A DNA stretch of 64,000 nucleotides from the human T2T-CHM13v2.0 reference genome, Homo sapiens, in the NCBI RefSeq assembly GCF_009914755.1, contig NC_060931.1; one strand, 5' to 3'. The position numbers and the translations under genes are program-made. A model generated the notes under the pieces. It did no database searches. It was not told the DNA's origin and was given only the letters and a program-made list of their open reading frames with translations. Below, in pieces: positions 41,891-55,887 of the stretch (its first letter is position 1; every line of letters begins with the position of its first letter).

Positions 41891-44800
41891 TTTATTTTTC
41901 ATCAAAAGCTGATATTAACTTCACCCCTACCCACCCACTCCTCCCTCATCCACAAAACAACTCTACTCAGTTCCATCGACTCTGCTGTATATCTTTATGG
42001 TTTACACAGATTCTCATCTCATTATGTACCCCCATTTCACAGAAGACGAATTTGAAGCTTAAGGTGATCAACCAAGGTCCTGGAGCCAGGCTTTAAAACC
42101 AAGACTTCTCACTCTAAGTCTTCTGTTGTTTTTCTGAAGTTCTCTGCAATGATAACTTTTCTTTCTTTGTTTTAGACATTCACCCAACTCATTTCTCCAA
42201 TAGATTTCTTTACTTAGTAAACCTCAACTTGGATCCTTTCTCTGATGAAATAGGGAGTGAAGAATCATGCCCTCCTTTGTTAGGTAGATGAAGGCACATG
42301 GCGCTAAGTGGTTTACTTCTCTAAGGACCTAGAGCTGCCTTATGATGGAGCTAAGACTAGCTCTGGCTCTCAGGATAGAAGTTTGTTCTGAAAGCTGCTG
42401 AAATGCACAGTCTCTTAAAATGCTCACCCTCCTGCTGAATTATAAAAGACAGCCACTGAGTCCAAGAGACGCAGGGAAGTGGTATCTGCAATAAAATAAT
42501 TCTATAAATGTGCATTCATTAATTTCTTCATTCAGCAAGAATAAATTAAAGGCTCACTCTTACAGAACTGTAATTAATATATGATTTAGATATTAATATG
42601 GAAAAGGCTGGCAGGGAAATTGCTAAAATTTGTCTCTGGGGTTTGGCTTTTTAGACATCAAAGTGCAATGTATCACCTAGCACTTAGTCTGATCAAGCAC
42701 CAAATTCTTTTTCTTGCTTACATTAGATCCGCTGAAGGTCTACTTTTCTGAAATACCATCCTTACTCATGAGCTAGGATGGTACTTCATCCTGTGATACT
42801 CCTGGCATCATTTCCCAATGGACTAGAGTATTGATTTCTAATACAACTCCTTTGTGTTATTTACTAATTATATCCTTTCTAATATCTTCAGTTAGTAAGT
42901 TTGAATGATGTAATGTGACAAATCATAGGAATATTTATTTTTCTAGGTCTTATGGAATCCTTTTCCTCCTGGGTAATGTTTCCTTCCAACCTGGCGGACT
43001 TATTTGAAGTTTTATTAGCAAACCAAAATCTAAATCAGAATACTTAAATTGCGGAACCATCAAAGCTGAGTTACCTTATGAAAGTTTTAAAAGGAATAGA
43101 TTTTATTCCAAGTGATTAAGCCAAGTATGATCTTAGTTAATCCCATGCACAGCACGGAACTGTTGTTTTTCTGTCTATCGCCACATCTCCAAGTTTGAAA
43201 GCATTTGGGGATCTAAGCTGGCCATTTACAGTTGTTAAATTCAGTGGATAAGTATCAATTTGGGCTTTTTTAGTAATTCAGAAAGAATTTCAGAAATCTT
43301 TGATACCTAGAGGAAGTTGGTAATCATTGCTATTAAAAGCAATGAAGTGAAGGCTTCATGCAGTGAAGGCTTTTGGTCTCAAACCACTGACTGGACCCTT
43401 CAGAAGCCTGTGTTGACTGCTTTTGTGGATCAACTGTGTTTGGAAAGTGAAAAAAAAAAGGAGAAATTACAGTAATGCTTTGGAGAGGCCACAGAGGCCA
43501 ATTATTTTGTATTTGGAAGGAAATATGAATTCAGATTTTGTCATATTTGTATGTAGAGAGCCTCTTACTTCTGTGGTCAACCCAGAAACACTACATTTTG
43601 ATACTTTCACATTTTTTTTCTGGAGCAAAAACCAACAGCCATTTATAATTAAAACCTTTCTGGAAAGAATACTCCAACCTTCCTCACTCTCACTCAATTG
43701 AATTTCAATTAACATTTAATAATTCGGCTCGGCTTTCAGAGTCTATAAAGCATAAGCAGTCAGCCTTGTTGAAGATGGAGAAGCGATGTTTTCACAGTTC
43801 CACAAATGTTTCTAATTGGCATGAACCACTTGCTAATGGGAGATAAATTGCCCAGGGTGGGTGTGGGTGGGTGTGCTGCGTGTGTGCACACTCACGCAGG
43901 CACACAAGCATGCACGCTCGTGGCAGTAATGACGTGTGGGTGTACCCAGGCTTCACTCGACATGCCAATGATGCAAACTTGAGCTAAACGGGAAATTAAA
44001 GAGGGACCAGGGCTGGGCCATGACAGCAGCGGCCACACTCGGATGGGAGGAGGCGAATAGTTGGTTCCTTACCAAGAACCCGGCAGCAGGCCCACCCTCC
44101 CGTCGCGGATAGTGGACAGGAGCTGAGAAAATACATGGACCAAATGAAAATGACTCCTTTTGACTGAAACTACCTGTGCGTCAGGCTTCTCGCCGCCTCC
44201 CCTAATTTTCTCTGATATAAATGAACATGGTAGAAGATGACAGAAAGTCGACAAGAATCATTTTTCTTTCTTTCTTGCAGTCATGTCAGTAATAGCCCTG
44301 GGTTTTATAGCTGAAAAATATATGTTTATTTGCTCATTAATTTTCCTCTCTCTCCCTTGCCTTTTCTTGGCATTAGGTGGAATGTTATTTAAAACAAGAC
44401 ACAGTCCAGCTTCAAAAAGAAAAATCATTCTGCAAAATACAGCTTAGACCCATTTACTGGTCATTTATCATCCCTAAGAGAGTGGAGTAGAAATTTCTAT
44501 ATTTGGGAGATTTGAATGATTTACAGTGCAACTGTGACTCTTGTTGGCACCAGGATCCAGGGACGCAGTAGGTTCCTTAGGACTTCGAAGAGTGTCCCAC
44601 ACTGTTTCGAAATGACATGGAGAATATTCACTGTGGCACATGCAGAGCAGCTTGATAATCACTTATCTTCACTGCATTCCTTCAAATATGACACAGGCTG
44701 CTGCTCAGAGGGTAGACTCAACCCAGAGGCCTATCATTTTCTGAGGGGTGATCAAAAGTCTTCATCTCCACATCTAAGTGTGTATTTCTTCTCTCTGGTG

Positions 44801-45444
44801 TTTTAAAAAGCTTGGTTTTATGCATCTTCCACTTCCTTCAAATAGTGGGCAAATAACAATGTGCCTATTATGGTACCTGGCACATAGTTGAAGCCCAATA
44901 AACATTTGTTGAGTAAATAAATAGTTAAGTAGAATGTTAAAAGCATTGCTAGCATTATTGTCTTGGCCTTAACAGTGCAAGAATAGACTTGAGGCAATCA
45001 AGTAATTTCCCTTAACAGTATAAGCTAATTATTTGAGAGATGAAGATCTGGTGCATCGTATTTATTTGTCAGGTTCCATTTGCTCCTAATTAAAGGTGGA
45101 AAAGTTGTTTGTAGCTTTGAAGGGATGGCACAATGACCCACTCCTACATAGATTTTTTTATTTTCCTTGCCACGTTTTCAAGGAAAATACATCAAGATAA
45201 AATTAACAGGCATTCCTCTTACTTACTTCTGTTTTCTTTTCTCTGTTACTGTTTTCTAGAGGGCAGGCAGGGTGTGGAGCAGTAAACTGTTTTGACTGTA
45301 CTTTTACAGCCCATCTGCCTACATGACTTCTGTAGTTGATTCTGCTAACCTTGGTTGACTAATAAAATCATCCTCCCACATAAATACCAGCTACAGTGAT
45401 CCAAGATTAAAATGCTGCATTTATCATAAGCCTCAGAAAGTTTA

Positions 45445-45990
45445 ATTCATTCATTCCTTCATTCATTCCACAAATATGAATTCAGTGTATCATATGTATC
45501 AGGCTCTGTGCTAAAGCTGTGTATTTAACACTGAGCAAACTCTAACATGGTTTCTGCTCTAAGCTTACAATCTGAGATGGTTGATGAATATTAATTAAAT
45601 AATCATACTCAAATTATATCGCTACAAACTAAACTATTTTTTAAAAGAAATATGGTTCTACTAGGACCATATAACAACAGGAACTGATTTACACTAGGAG
45701 ACCAGGGAGAAGTTTACTAAGGAGAAGGCTGGACTGAAGAAAGGGGATGTCTGAAGTACATCTGAAGAAAGGGAAAGAGCGTCCTAGGCAAGAAGATTGT
45801 GAAACGCGAAGGCCCCATGTCTGGAGGGTGCATGACGCGCCCTCCAGAAACTGAAAGTTGGCCAGTGTGGCTGGGTGGGAAGAGAAAGGGCTGACGGGAA
45901 GGCAGGCCTACGCCCTGCAGGGACCACAGCTAGGCCATATTAAGGGCTTGGACCTTCATCCCCTGAGCATTAGACAGACTTACAAGGGTT
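45445..45990 (-). mobile_element. L2 (L2a-like) 3' fragment
   Basis: (ATTC)n tail followed by CAGGCTCTGTGCTA...AAGCTTACAATCT...GGCCAGTGTGGCTGG. Confidence 0.75.
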
Positions 45991-46424
45991 AAAGCCAAGG
46001 GTGAGGAAGTAGAGGCAGGGAGAAGGGATACATGGCCCTTATCATGTCTGTGTTTTGGAGTAGGGGAAATGTAAGTGTCAGTTCTTCACAAATACAACAA
46101 GGGAGATGAAGATGCTGAGCCCTGGACAATCCTTTCTTTGCTGCAGATGAGGTTCCTGGAAATTCTTTACCATCCACTCTCCCTTCCACTAAATTTCAGA
46201 AAGAGTGCATCCAGGTCCCTAGCTGTGTGCTGAGTAACACTTGCACGTGGCCATTGCTGGACCATTCGGCAATAACGTCTCCTCTTGTCAGCTCTTCTAG
46301 CCCCTTCTCGCGCTTTCTGCTTTTCCTTTTGATGATGGGGAGGTGGCAAAACACAGTTCATTTCTCTCTTTGGCAAAGTGTGAATGGCATGGCTTGTGGC
46401 ACCTTCTCTCTTGGTTTAGAGAAC

Positions 46425-46566
46425 AGGCTTTGGAGTTAGAGTGGCTTTGCCTCTCCTTTAGCCTTACACGGTTGTTCTGAGGATTAGGTAGCTTGATACT
46501 TGTAAAACATATAGAACAAGGACTGGCACATAGCATGTACTTAGTTAATGTTAGCCATTATTATTA
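46425..46566 (+). mobile_element. MIR
   Basis: GTTGTTCTGAGGATTA...TGGCACATAG...ATGTTAGCCATTATTATT. Confidence 0.65.
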
Positions 46567-47293
46567 CCTATTTTTGCAGATATAGAAGGCTGTCAAAGAT
46601 ATATTGCTAAAGGGACAAAAAGCAAGATACAAAACTATGTATTAAAACAGCTTGATTTTGTGCAAAGCAAATGTCTGAGGATATGTGGTGGTTACATCTG
46701 AGGAACAGGACTGGGGTTTAGGGGAGAAGGCTAGGCAAGTGGCTTTTACTTTATTATCTAATATTTTTGTAGTAATTGATTTTTTATTATAAAAAGTATA
46801 CTTTTATAGTAATGAAATTACAAGGAATAGTTTAGAAAGTCCATACTTTCCATCATGTCATTTTTTTAAAAAGGCATGATGATTTCAACATAACCTCTTT
46901 TCATATTTTTTCATCCTTAAATTCGGAAGTATCATCCAAAAACTTCTCCTGGGGGTAAAGAAACATGTATCTAAAACCCAGCAATTCCCCAGATTTTCAT
47001 TTCTTTGCTGTGCCATAGTCAAATAAAAGTTTTTAAAATTACATGCTATTTTAATTCCACAGTTACAAAATTATTCTAGTTATTCTTTCATCTCTCCATA
47101 TACATATATAGAGTTGTCTGGAATGCTGTTCACCCACCAGATATAAACAACGCATTTGGCTTCATTGTTGCTGACTTCATTGCAAAGCATTGCTTAAATT
47201 TTTATAATAAGCATTTTTATAAAAACAATGAAATCATTGCTTAAAATTGGAGATGAGAAGTGTTAGTTCACTTTTCTGTTTAGAAGTAAACAT

Positions 47294-47594
47294 GGCCGGG
47301 TGTGGTGGCTCACGCCTGTAATCCCAGCTCTTTGGGAGGCCGAGGCAGGTGGATCACGAGGTCAAAAGATGGAGACCATCACAGCCAACATGGTGAAACC
47401 CTGTCTCTACTAAAAATACAAAAATTAGCTGGGCATGGTGGCACACGCCTGTAGTCCCAGCTACTCAGGAGGCTGAGGCAGGAGAATCGCTTGAACCCGG
47501 GAGGCAGAGGTTGCAGTGAGATCTTGCCACTGCACTCCAGCCTGGCGACACAGCGAGACTCCATCTGAAAAAAAAAAAAAAAAAAAAAAAAAAA
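47294..47594 (+). mobile_element. AluSc-like
   Basis: GAGGTCAAAAGATGGAGACCATC and CCTGGCGACA diagnostics, with a long A tail. Confidence 0.9.
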
Positions 47595-48246
47595 GGAGGA
47601 AACACAGTACCCAGCATCTAATCTTTCCCAGACATTTAGGATGCTGAACTTCTTCAGGATTATGAAGGTCAGTAGCTGTTGTGCAGTATCTGTTGCTCAT
47701 GAAAGAGGTGAGAAGTAGACTATGTGGCTACCGAATCGGGATGACAAAAATATTTTAAATGATGACCGCATATTAACATACAGTCTACCATCCTTTCCTC
47801 TTGTTTTTTATTTATTTTTTTTCTTAGCAGGTAGAGGCTCTTTATGTTTAATTAAGGATTTTGATTAATTGAATTGGTATTTTTCAATAGTGTATGTAAC
47901 TGGTTGAGAATCATTAATATTGTACAGTGTTAGAGCATAGTAGCTTTGATCGTCATTTAAATACAACTGTTTCCTTGCCCAGCAATTATACACCACTATC
48001 ATGAATCAGATAAGAACACAAATCTGGAAAGAACTTGCAGTCCCCTGGTAAATACTTCATGAAGGCAATGGGAGCTTGCCAATTAGACAATCATCTCTGC
48101 ATAAGATATATTTCCAACGAGTAACTGCATTATACAGTCCTTAGCACATTATGCCCCTCGGGATATGATGATAATTGACTGTGTCACAGAAGAAACAATT
48201 TTGAAGAAACTGGGACTAAGCTGATTATCAACTGAATCTTTAGAAC

Positions 48247-48569
48247 GGGGTTAGCAAATGATGGCCCAAGGGCCAAATCTGGCCCGCTGCCTAATTTTGT
48301 CCAGTGTATGAGCTAAGAATGGTTTTCAAGTTTTAAGTGACTGGGGAAAAAAATCAAAAGTAGAATAACATTTCTGACATGTAAAAATTATATGAAATTC
48401 AGATTTCCTGTCCCTGAAGTTGTATCAGAACATAGCAGATTCATTCATTTATACATTGTCTGCAGCTGCTTTTGCACCACAGTATCAGAGTTGAGTAGTT
48501 GTGACACAGAAGATAAGAGAAGAAAATACTGACTATCTGACTCTTTATAGAAAAAGTTTGCTGACCCCT
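48247..48569. mobile_element. MER58B-like hAT-Charlie element
   Basis: GGGGTTAGCAAA...GGGCCAAATCTGGCCCGCTGCC...GAGCTAAGAATGGTTTT...TTTGCTGACCCC (TIRs). Confidence 0.8.
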
Positions 48570-48965
48570 CCTTTAGACTCAGGTACAAGTTATTTGTGTG
48601 CATGTCTGCTTATGAATGGATAATGCTTTTGTGTTAGAAATACATCTGGCCAGTTGATGTGGCCATCAAAGGAGGTGCAATACTTCATATTCTTCTATTT
48701 TCCTCACTCCCTTCTCAAAGTCAAAAGAAAGCTATTGAGTGAGAAAAATTAAGAGTATTGGAAGGGACCATAAGAAAAATCATGGTAACAGAAAAGACCT
48801 ACACATTACCTCCGAAGCTTGTAAATTACTAACTCTAATTTTAAGCCCTAAAATCAGATTAGCTCTCTACTTTTTAAAATTTGAAATTATTTATTCTCTG
48901 TGTCTGAGAAATATTTTGAGAGGCAAGAGCATTTGTTCTTGTGACTCTTACAAGATACAGTGGCT

Positions 48966-49267
48966 GGCCGGGCACGGTGGCTCACGCCTGTAATCCCAGC
49001 ACTTTAGGAGGCCGAGGCAGATGGATCACGAGGTCAGGAGTTCAAGACCAGCCTGGCCAAGATGATGAAACCCCATCTCTACTAAAAATACAAAAATTAG
49101 CTGGGCATGGTGGCAGATGCCTGTAATCCCAGCTACTCAGAAGGCTGAGGCAGAGAATTGCTTGAAGCTGGGAGGCGGAGGTTGCAGTGAGCCGAGATCG
49201 CACCACTGCACTCCAGCCTGAGTGACAGAGCAAGACTCCATCTCAAAAAAAAAAAAAAAAAAAAAAA
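48966..49267 (+). mobile_element. AluS (Sg/Sx-group)
   Basis: Full dimer with A tail. Degenerate TSD ATACAGT(G/A)GC. Confidence 0.92.
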
Positions 49268-49687
49268 TTAAATACAGTAGCACACCAGATGGAGTCTCTT
49301 TGTTCAGTGCTATCACCATATTGAATGGTGCTCTTTGGTGTATGCTTGCATTCAGTTGTAGATACGATATAATGCATGATTGGATAATAGGAAATACCTT
49401 TTAGTAGAATGTATGATTCTTGATAGGATATCCTGCCCATTGGCTTTGACAGTTGAATTAACCTATTTGGCTGACATTGACCCTCCTACTGACCACGATA
49501 TATAAGAAAATATGAAATTAATATAAAAGCTATCTTGTACTGGTAGCAAGATAGCTACTGGTAGGAAACATTAACAATAGCATCGTAAAATATAGAATTG
49601 AAAATGTGAGTCATTTTGCTTTTAAATCTCTATCATGTACATGACTGACTTCAGTTGTTCTCTCTCCTCCCTTTTGTTCTGTTTCAG

Positions 49688-50011
49688 AGGTTGAAGGCTG
49701 CATTGACTCACCACCCTGCTGCCATGTCAAATGGGAACATGAACACCATGGGACACATGATGGAGATGATGGGCTCCCGGCAGGACCAGACGCCACACCA
49801 TCACATGCACTCGCACCCGCATCAGCACCAGACACTGCCACCCCATCACCCTTACCCACACCAGCACCAGCACCCAGCACACCATCCTCACCCTCAACCC
49901 CATCACCAGCAGAACCATCCACATCACCACTCCCATTCCCACCTTCATGCACACCCAGCACATCACCAGACCTCGCCACATCCGCCCCTGCACACCGGCA
50001 ACCAAGCACAG
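49688..50011 (+). CDS. CREB5: CREB5 internal coding exon, His/Met/Pro/Gln-rich region (RLKAALTHHPAAMSNG...HTGNQAQ), 324 nt, phase 0-0
   Basis: Polypyrimidine tract ending TTTCAG at 49687 and donor CAG|GTAGAC at 50011/50012. The translation matches the CREB5 His-rich segment I recognise and joins the next exon in frame. Confidence 0.97.
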
Positions 50012-52655
50012 GTAGACCTTTTCCGTGATCTCTTTCCCCTTCTTATTCTCCTTCTTAACAGTGCAAGCTCTAATGCTGGGGTCATTTGCAGCAATCTTGT
50101 TTGACAAGCCCAGGTGTTCTATCTCACATTCTAGGGGCTCTGTTTATCTCCTAGGAGGCAAGCCTTACCCATAAGACCCTACCAGATCATAATTTCTATA
50201 AATAATACACTAAAAAATATCAGGTCTAGTCTCTAAGGGCAAGCATAAACTTTAAGTTCTCCAAAATCTATTTTTGCAGTGTGTCAGAAAGTTAGCCCCT
50301 CTCAAAAGTAATATGAATCAATGGATTAGGAAGAACTTAAGCTTGTGAAGAAAGATGTGAATTAAGAATGAGAAAAACGAGTTAATTCTAACCCTGGTTC
50401 TAGCTGCTATGTTTTAAAACATCATAGAGACTCAATTTTGTCACCTGTAAAATGGAAGTTAAATACAACAGGCAATCTTCTGAGTAACAGTGAATGTTAA
50501 AAATCTAAAGAGTAACAATTCAAGGCAGACAAAGAAGCTCCATCATGGATGCTAGGGCGTAAGGTGCTGTGTAAATGGTGAAGAGAGGTGACTCATCCCC
50601 CTGAATGAGAAATGCGTTGGAGGGAACAGAAAGAGAGCCAAGTTCTGTAGATGATCAGACCAAGAGAAAGGCCAAATCCCAGTGGGTGAGAGTCACCAGG
50701 AGTGGCTGCAAAGAAAGCCAGCATTTAGACAAAACTGAAAGAGGGTTGGGGGACCAGGCAGACATTATGTCACCCACGGCCAAGAAGAGAGGCGAGTCCT
50801 GTACTGGAGTGAGTTTTAGTAAGTGGATGAAGGGCATGTCCAGGAGCATGGCTGGGCCTAGACACTTTGGATCCTCAAGCAGAATGACTTTCATCCATAC
50901 CTTCCACCCAGTCCACACTGCCAGCTTCCAACCAGCTGAATCAGAAGGGTGTCGGAAGCATGGAACCGCCAAAAAACACTTATTCACTGTCTCCTCTGTC
51001 ATCTGCCTCTGGAGACGTGACTTTATACCCGGCAGCTTTTTGAACTCTTGAGCCCCCCTCCATTAACATGCACCAAACCTGGACAGCCATCCACAGAATG
51101 GGTCAGGCACAAGCAACTCTCGAAGCTATTCATTAGATAAACTGTCTTTTGCAAGGTTCTTAGAGGTGTTCTACATTGTGAATAAGAATTGAGCATTAGA
51201 ATGAGATAACCTTAATTTTTTTCCTGCCTTCCTCACTGTGTGATTGTGAACAGAAACAACCTCTCTACCCCTCAGTTTTCCCATCTGTAAAATGGGGCTG
51301 GGTAATAGTAGACTAAACTCCTAGGCTCTTATGAGTATTAAATAAGAGAATCTCTGTAAAGCCCTTGACACAGTGTTCAAAATATGTTATTCCAAACCAG
51401 TAGAAGTTTAGCAAATTGTATAGCAATCAAATGCTATCCAGAGAACATTTTTAGTCACATTTTTAGTCAAACGCCATACTAGAACATGTATTTAGAAAGA
51501 AAAAAAAAAACTACAAAGTCAATGATGGGCAAATTGATTCACATTTGTACTTAGTTTATAAGGAAACGAGAACATCAAGGTTTGGTTGCCTTTATGGGCA
51601 AGTTATTTCACAGAGCAAGTTATATAACAATTCTTTGAATATAAAAGCCATTCACTAGCTAATTACCAATTAGCCAATTGCCCTCTGTTTCAAGTCAGTA
51701 AGTGGCCAATAGTATATGCAATTAGTTAATTGCTATTATAATTAGCTTTATGAACAGTTGCTTTTTTTAATTGTATGCTAAAAAGAAAGAGCCCAGGTTG
51801 GTCTTGCTAAAATTTGAACCAGATCATTTAGGCAGTATCCCAAAATACCACTCTTAAATTGTATTAACTTGGCTGATTACTGAGATCTTGCCATTTTGCT
51901 TAATTGTATGATTATCTGAAAGTAGGAATAGAATCCTTTGAACTCTGAGATTCTAAGGTGATTTGGAATAAAATCTGCCTTTTTGAAATTATAATTTATT
52001 ACTTTTGATCAAAATTTTCAGAGCATCTATGCCAAGAGAATTCTGCTTTAAAAATAAAATTACAAGCGACAATAATTACCAGGTATACAAATTCTGGTTT
52101 TAGGGTTGTATTTGCATTTTCTCCTGGCTTCTTGTGCTCCTCCTGCATGTAAGGATGTGATTGTAGAGTGCTGGTTTCAAGGAATTTCTCTTAATCAATC
52201 CTGAACCTAATTACACCTGAAACCACGTCACTTATGCCTTTGGGTGAAGGCACAGGAAAAGTATCATGGGTTACAGGTTGATTAAACTTAGGGTAGGAGG
52301 ATACAGAATTGAAAGATAAGTCCCTGCAATGGAGATTAAAAATCAATTTTTTCCTATTTGAGGGTTTTGTCTGGGGCTGGCAATAAGAGATTATAATTCA
52401 CAAAAGGAAACAGTTAAAGGCAAAAATATCCGAGCAGTTAGCACATTCCCTCTTAATGCTTTTCTTTGCAGTAGTTAGCTCAGGAATTAGCATCTGGAAT
52501 GACAAGTGCTAAGCCCCTGCCAATAACAAGGATGACGCCTTCACTAGCAACTCTGATGAGTAAGACCTTAGACAGTTAATTTATTTTGTTATTCCTCTAT
52601 AATCGGGAGGAAAAGAGTCACCAACAAACAAACAGTTCTAGAAAATGTCTTTGCT

Positions 52656-53024
<369 letters not shown>

Positions 53025-54015
53025 TCATAGATGGTTTGATAGAGTTTTGGATTAAAATACATCACCATCAGTCAACTGATGTCAACCAGTAGCCATTATT
53101 AGTGCAATTACAGTCATTCTGATTGATTTCAATCATAGTGCTGCAATGTGGTAGAAAAGATTGTTGAGCTTCATTTTTAAAACTTTTGGCCTGTTATTTC
53201 TGCAGGTTAAATGTCTCTTGTAAAACAACTTTATAGGTATTACCGTCATAAACCTGAGTGACTAAGAAATGGGAGAGGAAAAAAAAAAACACCTTTTATT
53301 GAGAATGAAGAAGGAGGAAGGAGTGAAGTGCATGAGGGAAAGCATTAGGTGTCCAGACATATAAAGAAAAGAGTCAGGTGTAGAAATTTCACAAGGTGCT
53401 GTGTGTCTGCCTTATGAATAGAAATAAAGCTCTATGTGTGGGGGTCTCCAAGCCTTAGATGTTGCTGAGTCCCACACAGACCTTGCAAGGACTCTATAAG
53501 CATAGTAAAACTTTTTAATAAAGTGCTTTGCCACTCAGGATTTCCTTCTAATGTAACTGTATGGTAATGCACAAGCAACTCTCACTATCTCACACACACA
53601 CAGTGTGACAGGGCTCAGTGCTGCTTCAGGCATCAATTTAATGCTTTCAAAGGCCCAGCTTCCCAATCACCTAGAAAGCTCTCCTGGATCTCCTTTCACC
53701 CTGGTGAGCGCTCTGAGGGGCAGGCAGGCCCGGCTGGAGTATGCAGGTCCAGCTAGTCCTCTGCATTAAGAACTGTGTAATAGTCAAAATAGGATTTCAT
53801 CTGCTTTCCTGGCTTCATGGGCTTCTTTTCATAGGAGTCACAGTGGCAACGATGTCCCAGAGGTATGTTAGGAACACAATTTTACCACTATTAGAATGAA
53901 AGGAGCCCACAACCTGCTCAGAGGTTTTCTGTAGATGACAGATGAGTCATCCATATTGTGATAATAACCCTGACCTTTCTGTTTTCACCCTGTAGCCATA
54001 CATTGGCTATTTTAA

Positions 54016-54309
<294 letters not shown>

Positions 54310-54675
54310 CTTACTTTAAAGTTTTTAAACACACCGTCAGTAAAACATTTTTAATAGTTGAAGGAGAAAAATAAATGTTTCCTCTACCATGATTCGGCCA
54401 AATGCCTGTCAGGGAAAAATCCATCTGACTACATCTTTTCACGAGTCATTCCTATATCTTGCCAACACATCATAGAATATAGGTCAGTGATGCTTTTCCT
54501 TTTCTTTCATGAGTGTGATTTCATCGTCTGTTTCATTCATAGGAGGCAAGTCTCATATGCTGACTGAAACGATAGACTTTCTGTGCTTTGCTTTTTAACA
54601 TCAGCTTGGGTTTCTTCCCTTACCTAACCACGTCCTTCCCTATCCCCATCACCTCCTCCCTCTCTGGCCCAGCAG

Positions 54676-54903
54676 GTTTCACCAGCAACACAACAGATGC
54701 AGCCAACCCAGACAATACAGCCACCCCAGCCCACAGGGGGGCGCCGGCGAAGGGTGGTAGACGAGGATCCGGACGAGAGGCGGCGGAAATTTCTGGAACG
54801 GAACCGGGCAGCTGCCACCCGCTGCAGACAGAAGAGGAAGGTCTGGGTGATGTCATTGGAAAAGAAAGCAGAAGAACTCACCCAGACAAACATGCAGCTT
54901 CAG
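54676..54903 (+). CDS. CREB5: CREB5 exon encoding the bZIP basic region and first zipper heptads (VSPATQQMQ...[41 protein letters not shown]), 228 nt, phase 0-0
   Basis: Pyrimidine tract plus CAGCAG acceptor ending 54675 and donor CAG|GTGCAG at 54903/54904. Contains the ATF2-family basic motif FLERNRAAA(S/T)RCRQKRK. Confidence 0.98.
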
Positions 54904-55887
54904 GTGCAGCCCACGGTGTCTTTCCCCGCGACTCAAAGGCCCTCTGCTCCACGGGCATTTCCGGCCCTGACAGGCACTTGTTGACCTAAGCAGTGATACC
55001 ACACACTTAGTCCACAGAGGAGCCGCAGCCCCACTCCTCGAGTTTTATTAATTCCAGGACACCCTGCAAAACAAAATTAACCATTCAGTTTTCAATCAAT
55101 TTGCCCACAAAGCTCTGAGAAGGGGGGACCTACCCCACTAAGTTGTAGGGGTGGGAGAACAGGCTTTAATCCGACAGAGATCCAAACCATGGTTCAGCAA
55201 TTACTTGCTAGGCTTAACTCTCTGGCTCTCAGTTTCTTCCTCTACAGAATGGGAATAATAACTTTATAGAGTTGTTACGTTAGGAGCAATAAACAAACTA
55301 ATGTCTCCAAAGCAGTTGCCCAGTGCCTGGCCCATAACAAACCTTCAGCTGAAAAGGAGCTTTTCATTAATTATATTCACTAGGTTGAGGGGGTTGCCTT
55401 GGCTTATACTTGATTATCTCTATTTTTGTTTCATGGAAGAAAGAAAGGTTGATGGTCATTATGTAGCTCTGAAAGAAAAGGCATGTTTTCATCTCATTTG
55501 CCAACTCACCAAGATTTGAATCTTGCTTAATTTTTGCTTTTTATGAATGTCTTAACTGGGGAGATTTTATAATGAGGCCCAGAAGTGTCTGGGAGTGTCT
55601 AAGAGGAAAGGAAGGAACTCTAGTACCCAGGCTTCTCCAATAGACTTTATAGATTATAATGATGCAGTTCAGAGCATTTGTTCTAATGTTAAAAATATGT
55701 GCACTATTTATCAGCAGAAAAAAAAAAAGGCAAGTAAATAGACATGTATGCAACCCACAGTCCAGGGATAGCATTAAGAGTTGTGGATTATACTCCAGTG
55801 CTTCCAGAAGCTGAGAGAATGGCCAAAGAGAGTGGGGCAGGGAGGAAATTACCCTACATAGTGAGACTGCATTTTAAGAGTTCATGG

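Noticed and set aside
44255-44285. Strong-looking acceptor TTTTTCTTTCTTTCTTGCAG at 44280
   Set aside because: No convincing downstream donor or reading frame. Such pseudo-acceptors are frequent in long introns.
49655-50104. 149-aa ORF treated as a standalone gene, or an intron-retained hydrophobic tail
   Set aside because: It is the CREB5 exon plus intronic flanks, with a non-ATG start in the polypyrimidine tract. No canonical AATAAA is seen just downstream.
49611-50107. Two antisense ORFs (132 aa and 126 aa) over the His-rich exon
   Set aside because: Shadow ORFs: CAC/CAT/CCN/CAG-rich codons lack stops on the reverse strand. There is no independent evidence of coding.
50605-51051. 148-aa ATG-initiated ORF
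   Set aside because: No recognisable domain or splice context. The length is compatible with chance in a GC-richer, probably repeat-derived segment.
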